Source: an uncultured delta proteobacterium
GTDB taxonomy: Bacteria > Desulfobacterota > DSM-4660 > Desulfatiglandales > HGW-15
Direction: 5' to 3'
Assembly (NCBI GenBank): GCA_963707125.1
Contig: CAVPOU010000004.1
Span: 511,234-575,233 of the forward strand
Length of the DNA: 64,000 bases
Positions 57,506 to 64,000 of this stretch are shown here, in pieces (the stretch's first letter is position 1; each line of letters starts with the position of its first letter). Made by a program: the position numbers and the translations under genes. The notes below the pieces were generated by a model, which was not told where the DNA came from, did no database searches, and saw only the letters and a list, made by a program, of their open reading frames with translations.

Positions 57506-57750
57506 GACACAACCCCCTACGAAACCCTATCTCCCGTTTGGTGGCACGGACAAGCGAACTGAGCTTGTCCGTGCCGCCAGAGATCTTGTGCTTCTTCGTG
57601 CTCACTTCCCATTGTCCAACTTCCTGTATCCTTTCACGGACAAACAGAATTCGTTTGTCCGTGCCACCCTCATTTCTTTGCATTAACCAGCATGCAGAAT
57701 CCACCCACGGACAAGCAAAGTTCGCTTGTCCGTGCCACCGTATGCCTGCT
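57506..57750. repeat. Three H1 hairpins in 245 bp (57540-57578, 57635-57668, 57705-57740)
   Basis: Each reads CACGGACAARC-loop-GYTTGTCCGTGCC. Confidence 0.9.
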
Positions 57751-58626
57751 CTACTTGATCAGTCCGAAGTCTTTCAGGGCCGATTTCAGCTTTTCCTGGT
57801 TTGCCTGGGCCATGGGATACAGAGGCAATCTCATCTCCCCGTCAATCTTGCCCAGCAGAGCCAGGGCCGTCTTGACCGGGATGGGGTTGGTCTCGATGAA
57901 CATCGCCTGACACAAAGGAAGAAGCTTGTAGAAGAGCTGTCGTGCCCGTTCGACCTTGCCCTCTTCCCAGGCTTTGACCATATCCGCATTGTCCTTCGGC
58001 ACAATGTTGGCCACAACGGATATCACTCCCTTTCCTCCAATCGCTAGGATCGGAAGGGTCAGGTTGTCGTCACCGGAGAGAAGCGTAATCTTATCCCCTG
58101 CAAGCTGAACCACTTCCGCCATCTGACCGAGACTGCCGGAGGCTTCCTTGATGGCCACGATCTCCGGCATCTCTGCGAGGCGCGCCACGGTCTGGGGGAG
58201 CATGTTGACGCCCGTCCTTCCCGGGATGTTGTAGAGCACCTGGGGCAGGGGAACCGCTTTCGCAATGGCCTTGAAGTGCTGGTACAGCCCTTCTTGAGTC
58301 GGCTTGTTGTAATAGGGCGTCACCTGGAGGGTCGCATCCGCCCCTATTTTCTTGGCGTGCTCGGTCAGCTCGATCGCTTCCGTCGTGCTGTTCCCGCCTG
58401 TTCCTGCAATCACCGGCACCCTTTTTCTCACCGCCTCGACGGCAATCTCCAGGGTTCGCTTGTGTTCTTCCATGTCGAGCGTTGGAGACTCGCCGGTCGT
58501 CCCTACGGGAACGATGGCGCTGGTGCCGTTCTCAATCTGAAATTCGATGAGCCGCCGGAAGCCTTCCTCGTCCACTTTCCCCTTCATGAAAGGCGTGACG
58601 ATCGCCACAATGGATCCTTTGAACAT
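57751..58626 (-). CDS. dapA: 4-hydroxy-tetrahydrodipicolinate synthase
   Basis: ATG 58626 follows GGAGGAGG. Motifs GTTGESPTL and AIKEASG. Confidence 0.9.
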   Translation of the reverse strand: MFKGSIVAIVTPFMKGKVDEEGFRRLIEFQIENGTSAIVPVGTTGESPTLDMEEHKRTLEIAVEAVRKRVPVIAGTGGNSTTEAIELTEHAKKIGADATLQVTPYYNKPTQEGLYQHFKAIAKAVPLPQVLYNIPGRTGVNMLPQTVARLAEMPEIVAIKEASGSLGQMAEVVQLAGDKITLLSGDDNLTLPILAIGGKGVISVVANIVPKDNADMVKAWEEGKVERARQLFYKLLPLCQAMFIETNPIPVKTALALLGKIDGEMRLPLYPMAQANQEKLKSALKDFGLIK

Positions 58627-58668
58627 AACCAATCCTCCTCCCCTCTTGATTGAAAGAACAAAAAACAA

Positions 58669-59030
58669 AGAATACAGGAGACAGTAGCCAGAAGACAGTA
58701 GTCAAAATCAAAGGCTCGACCACGAAAGCACGAAAACTGGAAAACACCCCAGTTGAATAGTCCCGCTCCCGCGGGAATTCAACGGGGCAGGCGAAAAAGA
58801 GCATATCCGACAGGATTTACAGGATCGACACGATGTTTAATCTTTGGCTTTGAAATACAAGAATCCTGATCATCCTGTTAATCCTGTCTAACTCTTTCTT
58901 TTGCCTCAAGCGGAGCGCTCCTCGAATTCCCGCAGCGCGGGGATGCTCCTCAAGCGAAGCGCTCATCCTTCAGCGGTCAGCCGTCGGCGGTCGGTCGTCG
59001 CTCATTGTCAGCGGTCTGCCGTCGGCGTTC
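58669..59030. repeat. Composite block: ACAG heptads (58668-58705), CACGAAAG words (58721-58748), H2 hairpin (58746-58797), ACAGGAT/ATCCTGT inverted words, CTCAAGCGRAGCGCTC x2, CAGCGGT heptads (58971-59030)
   Basis: Read directly. The last array lies inside the lysA ORF tail. Confidence 0.8.
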
Positions 59031-60289
59031 TCTTTAAGCATAAACTCCGGGATCGTTTCACCCCGGACCAAGTCCTCGTAGCTCTCTCTTGTCCTGATGA
59101 CGTGATAGGCGTCCCCTTTTCCCAGTACCTCTGCGATTCGGGGTCTCGAGTTGTAATTGGAAGACATGCTGAAGCCATAGGCGCCTGCACTCATAACCGC
59201 CAGGAGGTCTCCTGTTTCGAACGAATCCATCTCTCGATCTTTCGCCAGAAAATCCGAGGATTCACAAATGGGACCCACGACATCCGCCTTGATCTTCCTG
59301 CGGCAGGTGACTCTCACAGGCTCAATGCCATGGAAAGAACCGTAGAGACTGGGCCTGATGAGATCGTTCATCCCCGCATCCACGATGATGAAGCTTTTCT
59401 CGGGAGTTGTCTTCGTGTAGAGCACCCTGGTCACCAGAATCCCGGCGTTGCCCACGATCACCCGGCCCGGCTCCAGGATCACCGTGACGTCCTTCATGTC
59501 CAGTTCGTCTTGGATAGCTTTGGCATACTCCCTGGGATGAGGGGGTTCTTCCTGGTCGTAGGTGATTCCCAACCCGCCGCCCAGATCCAGATAGGACACG
59601 CCAATCCCGATTCCCTTCAACTTACCGATCAATTCCTTGAGCTTTTTGAGCGCATCCACGAACGGGCTCAACCGTGTCAGCTGGGAACCGATGTGACAGG
59701 AGACGCCTGAGACCGTCAGGTTCCTCATACCCGACACCCGCGTGTATTCTTCAAGCGCGTTCCGTATGTCGATCCCGAATTTGTTCTCTCTCAGCCCTGT
59801 GGAGATGTAGGGATGGGTCTGAGGGTCGATGTCCGGATTGACGCGGATTGAAATACCCGCCTTCTTGCCCATCCTCCCGGCCATTTCATTAAGGAGCAGG
59901 ATCTCCTGAGAGGACTCGACATTGAACATGAGAACCCGGGATTGGAGAGCATACTCCATGTCTTCGCTTGTCTTGCCGACTCCGGAATAGACAATCTTTT
60001 TCGGATCGATGCCGGCCTTCAGAGCCCGGTAGAGTTCTCCGCCTGAAACAATGTCCACTCCTCCGCCTTCGAGCGCGAAGAGCTTCAGGATCGCCAGATT
60101 GGAATTTGATTTCATGGCAAAGCACGTCAGATGGGGAACATCGTTGAACGCGCCATCGAAGGCCCTAAAATGCTGTCTCAGAGTCGCATAAGAATAGAGG
60201 TAAAGGGGCGTGCCCAGATCCTTTGCGATCCGGGACACGGGCACGTCCTCGCAGTGAAGTTCATTGTTTCTGTACTGGAAGTGATGCAT
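58970..60289 (-). CDS. lysA: Diaminopimelate decarboxylase
   Basis: ATG 60289 (MHHFQYRNNELHCEDV). PLP-Lys region CFAMKSN and GGGLGI. The C-terminal ~20 aa are encoded by a heptamer array. Confidence 0.9.
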   Translation of the reverse strand: MHHFQYRNNELHCEDVPVSRIAKDLGTPLYLYSYATLRQHFRAFDGAFNDVPHLTCFAMKSNSNLAILKLFALEGGGVDIVSGGELYRALKAGIDPKKIVYSGVGKTSEDMEYALQSRVLMFNVESSQEILLLNEMAGRMGKKAGISIRVNPDIDPQTHPYISTGLRENKFGIDIRNALEEYTRVSGMRNLTVSGVSCHIGSQLTRLSPFVDALKKLKELIGKLKGIGIGVSYLDLGGGLGITYDQEEPPHPREYAKAIQDELDMKDVTVILEPGRVIVGNAGILVTRVLYTKTTPEKSFIIVDAGMNDLIRPSLYGSFHGIEPVRVTCRRKIKADVVGPICESSDFLAKDREMDSFETGDLLAVMSAGAYGFSMSSNYNSRPRIAEVLGKGDAYHVIRTRESYEDLVRGETIPEFMLKENADGRPLTMSDDRPPTADR

Positions 60290-60392
60290 AAAATAAGAAT
60301 AACAGAATACAGAATTCAGAAAAAAAACGGTGCACGGTACACGGTCCAAGGTGCACGGCCAAAACAAACGACAAATGATGGATGAAAAATGG
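60290..60392. repeat. ACAGAAT words and ACGGTNC heptads (60327-60358)
   Basis: acggtgc/acggtac/acggtcc/aaggtgc/acgg are contiguous. Confidence 0.75.
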
Positions 60393-60827
60393 TTACTCGA
60401 CTACTACTCTTGCTCGGTTCGAGGGCGGACCCAGGCCGCCCTTCGCTCCAGCAAGCTGCACTTCAAAATAATAAATGTTGCCCTTCACCGCACCCGGGAT
60501 TTTGCAGAAGAACTGGCCCTCCCGGACCACTTCAGGCCCGTACGTGTGAAACCCCTGGAACTCAATGGGGCAGCCGTCGCAGGGAGGCTCGGCCACAGGA
60601 TAAATCGCGTAGTGAACCCGCGATCCTGTAACCGTCGAGTCAGGACCTGAAGAGTCTGGAATGCCTCCCTTCAGCTCGATATATCCTTCCTGCCACGCTC
60701 CCTTTAAGTCAACGACTCTGACGTTGGTGATTTCTTGCGGTAAGAAGGGATCCCCTTTTACTCCGCACGATGCAGGGATCAGGAGCATCAAAACAAGAAC
60801 AAGACACGCCTGTGCCCTCCCTCTCAT
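60393..60827 (-). CDS. Lipoprotein (LptM/YifL-like N-terminus)
   Basis: LLIPASCGVKGDPFLPQ is a lipobox plus a KG-P-LP motif. ATG 60827-60825 overlaps the argH stop TGA 60826-60824. Confidence 0.6.
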   Translation of the reverse strand: MRGRAQACLVLVLMLLIPASCGVKGDPFLPQEITNVRVVDLKGAWQEGYIELKGGIPDSSGPDSTVTGSRVHYAIYPVAEPPCDGCPIEFQGFHTYGPEVVREGQFFCKIPGAVKGNIYYFEVQLAGAKGGLGPPSNRARVVVE

Positions 60828-62200
60828 TTGGACCCGATCTCTTTCCGAGCTTTCACAAGAGCTCTTTTTACGGCACCACTCCCGGTCCCGCCGGGAAGGT
60901 TTCTTCTGTTGATGCAGGAGAGGGGATCGAGCCACTCATAGACATCTTTCCCAATATCTCCGAAAAAACCCTTCATCTCCTTGAGGGTCAGATGTCTCAG
61001 CTCTTTGCCGTGGTCCATGGCATAAAGGACCATCTTGCCCACGATTTCGTGGGCCCGGCGAAATGTCACGCCCTTTCGCACGAGATAATCCGCCAGATCC
61101 GTGGCCACCAGATAGCCTTCGTCTACGGCTTGTCTCATCCTCTCTTTGTTGAAAGAGATCTCCTTGAGCAGGCGCGTCATCACAACCAGGCTTTTCTCCG
61201 CAGTGTCCACAGCGTCAAACAGCGGCTCCTTGTCTTCCTGCATGTCTTTGTTGTAGGTGAGCGGGAGCCCTTTCATCGTGGTCAGGAGAGCCGTGAGATG
61301 CCCGTACACTCTCCCGGTCTTGGCTCTCACAAGCTCCATCAAATCCGGATTTTTCTTCTGGGGCATGATGCTGCTTCCGGTGCAGAAGGCATCGGGAAGA
61401 AAAACAAAATCAAACTCCTTGGTGGACCAGATCACCAGTTCCTCGCTCAGGCGGCTCAGGTGCATCATGAGGACCGACGAAGCAAAAAGAAACTCCAGCA
61501 CAAAATCGCGGTCGCTCACGGCATCCATGCTGTTTTCTGAAATGGTGTCAAAGCCCAGTTCCTTAGCCACCATGTCGCGGTCGAGGTCAAAGGTCGATCC
61601 TGCAAGCGCCGCACTGCCGAGAGGAAGAACATTCACCCGCTTGAGGTTCTCGCCGAACCGCTGGCGATCCCGTTTGAGCATCTCGTAATAGGCAAGAAGA
61701 TGATGGGCCAGAAGGACCGGCTGGGCACGCTGGAGATGAGTGTACCCCGGCATGATGATCTCTGAGTTCTTTTCCGCCAGAAAGACCAAAGCCCTCTGCA
61801 TCTCCCGGATGAGCCCATCCGCTCGCTCAATCGCATCCCTCACATAGAGCCGCACGTCAAGCGCAACCTGGTCGTTCCGACTTCTCCCTGTGTGGAGCTT
61901 TTCTCCGATGGGCCCCACCTTGTCCACCAGGGCTTTCTCGACCAGGGTGTGGATGTCTTCATAGGCTTCATCGAAGAGGCCTCTCTCCATCTCTTTCTTG
62001 ATCTCGGCCAGAGCTTCAAGCATCTTCGAGGCCTCTGCCTTGGGGATGATTCCCTGCTTGGCGAGCATCCGGCAGTGGGCTTTGCTGCCCTCGATGTCCT
62101 GCGCATAGAGCCGCTGGTCAAAAGTGATGGACGCGTTGAAACGCTCAAGAGCTTCGTCTGTCTGTTCCTTGAAACGGCCACCCCAGATTTTCTTGGCCAT
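60824..62200 (-). CDS. argH: Argininosuccinate lyase
   Basis: GSSIMPQKKNPD signature. 458 aa. Confidence 0.95.
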   Translation of the reverse strand: MAKKIWGGRFKEQTDEALERFNASITFDQRLYAQDIEGSKAHCRMLAKQGIIPKAEASKMLEALAEIKKEMERGLFDEAYEDIHTLVEKALVDKVGPIGEKLHTGRSRNDQVALDVRLYVRDAIERADGLIREMQRALVFLAEKNSEIIMPGYTHLQRAQPVLLAHHLLAYYEMLKRDRQRFGENLKRVNVLPLGSAALAGSTFDLDRDMVAKELGFDTISENSMDAVSDRDFVLEFLFASSVLMMHLSRLSEELVIWSTKEFDFVFLPDAFCTGSSIMPQKKNPDLMELVRAKTGRVYGHLTALLTTMKGLPLTYNKDMQEDKEPLFDAVDTAEKSLVVMTRLLKEISFNKERMRQAVDEGYLVATDLADYLVRKGVTFRRAHEIVGKMVLYAMDHGKELRHLTLKEMKGFFGDIGKDVYEWLDPLSCINRRNLPGGTGSGAVKRALVKARKEIGSK

Positions 62201-62429
62201 ATTTATTCCTTAGCAGAAGGTGATTTCTAGCGTTGCGAGGAGTATGTGTTGCCGCGATCAGCTTCAGTAAATTCGAAGCACGAAATTCGAAATCCGAAAC
62301 AAAATTACAAATTCAAATGTTCCAATGTCCAAAAGAGGAGTCTGTTGGAAGAGGACTCTTGTTTGTGACATTAGAATTTTTGTCATTAGATATTGTTTCG
62401 AGTTTCGATATTCGAATTTCGAATTTGCA
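62201..62429. repeat. Inverted heptamer arrays: AAATYCG/ATTCAAA/ATGTCCA units (62269-62331) facing TTTCGAn units (62395-62428)
   Basis: Nine contiguous 7-nt units on the left and four on the right. Lies between argG and argH. Confidence 0.85.
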
Positions 62430-63635
62430 TTACTTTCTTCCCAAGAGTGTTGCTATTTTTAGCCTGAGAGCACTGAGCCGGATGAAGCCTTCCGCGTCTT
62501 TCTGGTTGTAAACCTGGTCTTCCTCAAAGGTTGCGAATCCCGAGTGGTAAAGGGATTTCTCGGACTTCCGTCCCACCACCATGCAGTTCCCCTTGTAGAG
62601 CTTGAGCCTCACCACGCCTGTGACGTTTCCCTGGGCTTCATCCATCAACGTCTGCAGCATTTTTCGCTCAGGCGCGAACCAGTAACCGTAGTAAACCATC
62701 TCGGCATAACGCGGCACAAGACTGTCCCTGAGGTGCATCACTTCGCGGTCCATGGTAATCGACTCCATGGCCTGATGCGCCGCCCTGAGGATCGTTCCTC
62801 CGGGCGTCTCGTAAACTCCCCTGGACTTCATCCCCACATAACGGTTCTCCACGATGTCCACCCTTCCCACGGCATTCCTGCCGCCCAGGGTGTTCAGGCG
62901 GCCAAGAAGACTTGCCGGCGACAGTCGCTCCCCGTTCACGGACACAGGGTTTCCTTCCTTGAATTCCACCTCGATGTAGGTGGAACGATCAGGCGCATCT
63001 TCGGGAGCCACGGACATGACAAACATGTCCTTTGAAGGTTCGTTCCACGTGTCCTCGAGGATCCCTCCTTCGAAACTGATGTGAAGGAGGTTCCTGTCCG
63101 TGGAATAAGGCTTCGCTTTGGTCACAGGAATTTTGATCTTCCTGGATTTGGCGTACTTGACGAGATCTTCCCTGCCCTTGAAATCCCAGATCTTCCAGGG
63201 GGCGATGATCTTCAGGTGAGGGGCCAGAGCCATGTAGGTCATCTCAAAGCGAACCTGGTCATTGCCCTTACCTGTTGCGCCATGGCTCACGGCATTGGCC
63301 TTAAACTTTCTTGCCACCTCCACCTGCTTCTTGGCGATGATCGGCCTTGCCAGAGATGTTCCCAAAAGATAACCCGATTCGTAAACTGCGTTGGCCCTCA
63401 GAGCAGGGAACACGAAGTCCCGGACAAATTCCTCTTTGAGGTCTTCAATGACGATATCCGAAGCCCCTGTTTTGAGCGCCTTTTCCCTCACCTCTCCCAG
63501 CTCATCGCCCTGGCCCACATCTGCGGCAAAGCAAACGACAGGGCACTGGTAGGTTTCAATGAGCCAAGCCAAAATAACCGACGTGTCCAGCCCTCCTGAA
63601 TAGGCCAGAACGATTTTATTGATGTCGCGTTTCAA
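62430..63635 (-). CDS. argG: Argininosuccinate synthase
   Basis: AYSGGLDTS. 401 aa. Confidence 0.95.
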   Translation of the reverse strand: MKRDINKIVLAYSGGLDTSVILAWLIETYQCPVVCFAADVGQGDELGEVREKALKTGASDIVIEDLKEEFVRDFVFPALRANAVYESGYLLGTSLARPIIAKKQVEVARKFKANAVSHGATGKGNDQVRFEMTYMALAPHLKIIAPWKIWDFKGREDLVKYAKSRKIKIPVTKAKPYSTDRNLLHISFEGGILEDTWNEPSKDMFVMSVAPEDAPDRSTYIEVEFKEGNPVSVNGERLSPASLLGRLNTLGGRNAVGRVDIVENRYVGMKSRGVYETPGGTILRAAHQAMESITMDREVMHLRDSLVPRYAEMVYYGYWFAPERKMLQTLMDEAQGNVTGVVRLKLYKGNCMVVGRKSEKSLYHSGFATFEEDQVYNQKDAEGFIRLSALRLKIATLLGRK

Positions 63636-63700
63636 GTCGAATTTCTCCTAATCAAATATTTGATGATCTATCTGGATTCCCGCCGTAACCCTCCCGTTTG

Positions 63701-63790
63701 CCCTTCGATACCTCAGGGCGAACGCAAAATCAAACGGTCGCAGAAAATGGCACCCCGTTCGTGCTGAGGTATCGAAGCACGAACAGTTTG
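63701..63790. repeat. CCTTCGA-CTCAGGG hairpin element
   Basis: cttcgatacctcagggcgaacg (63703-63724) faces cgttcgtgctgaggtatcgaag (63756-63777). Confidence 0.85.
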
Positions 63791-63813
63791 TGTGACGCCT
63801 CCCGAACGGATCG

Positions 63814-64000
63814 TTACCTCCGCAGAATCAACTTCTCCAGCACCGCCATGTGGAGGTGCATCTTGTTCTCCGCCTGGTCAAAGACCACCGAGTTCGGCCC
63901 GTCCATAACGTCGGAAGTAATTTCCTCGCCACGGTGAGCGGGCAGGCAGTGCATCACGAGGACATCGGGCCTTGCAGCTTTCAAGAGAGCCTGGTTCACC
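63814..64000 (-). CDS. argF: Ornithine carbamoyltransferase, C-terminal part (gene continues beyond window)
   Basis: [10 protein letters not shown] motif. The ORF is open to the window edge. Confidence 0.85.
   Translation of the reverse strand, partial: VNQALLKAARPDVLVMHCLPAHRGEEITSDVMDGPNSVVFDQAENKMHLHMAVLEKLILRR

Noticed and set aside
57540-57553. H1 elements as sigma-54 promoters (they contain TGGCACGG)
   Set aside because: The -12 GC falls one nucleotide out of register (TGGCACGGACAAGC), no TTGC follows, and copies occur in both orientations without downstream genes.

Overview
This looks like a chromosomal window from an anaerobic, delta-proteobacterium-like (Syntrophales/Desulfobacterota-style) genome. 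All protein calls come from reading motifs in the supplied translations by eye; no database search was run.

Core metabolism:
- acn-gltA-fumC (170-4924).
- An ADP-forming acetyl-CoA synthetase pair.
- An SCP-x thiolase/DUF35 pair.
- Methylmalonyl-CoA epimerase.
- A cytoplasmic molybdopterin oxidoreductase with an MFS transporter.
- Adenine deaminase.
- A long minus-strand Lys/Arg biosynthesis run: folK-dapL-dapB-dapA-lysA-lipoprotein-argH-argG-argF (54.6-64 kb).
- Three tRNAs: Arg-ACG, Cys-GCA, Gly-GCC.

Accessory content:
- An exopolysaccharide export locus (12.7-20.5 kb): ExeA-like ATPase, degenerate HD-GYP, Wza-like exporter, a Wzc-type co-polymerase/tyrosine kinase fused to two SPOR domains, and an O-antigen-ligase-like protein.
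- A sigma-54 regulatory block (42.5-50.3 kb): EBP with a degenerate receiver, FHA-GAF-PAS hybrid kinase, CheY-like regulator, and a PrsT-like TPR lipoprotein behind a -24/-12 promoter.
- A GT-C/TPR glycosyltransferase-like gene next to a Memo-family gene with a PqqD/RRE-like N-terminal extension.
- mazEF.
- A truncated ISKra4-like IS.
- A 305-bp fold-back MITE with a 10-bp target duplication.

Several genes look frameshifted: the YeiH-family transporter, the radical SAM/SPASM enzyme and the ASST-like protein.

The most unusual signal is non-coding. Nearly every intergenic gap holds tandem arrays of 7-nt (some 8-nt) words, usually paired with an array of the reverse-complement word. These arrays are interleaved with several families of conserved hairpin modules. 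They sit inside operons, between tRNAs and across stop codons.
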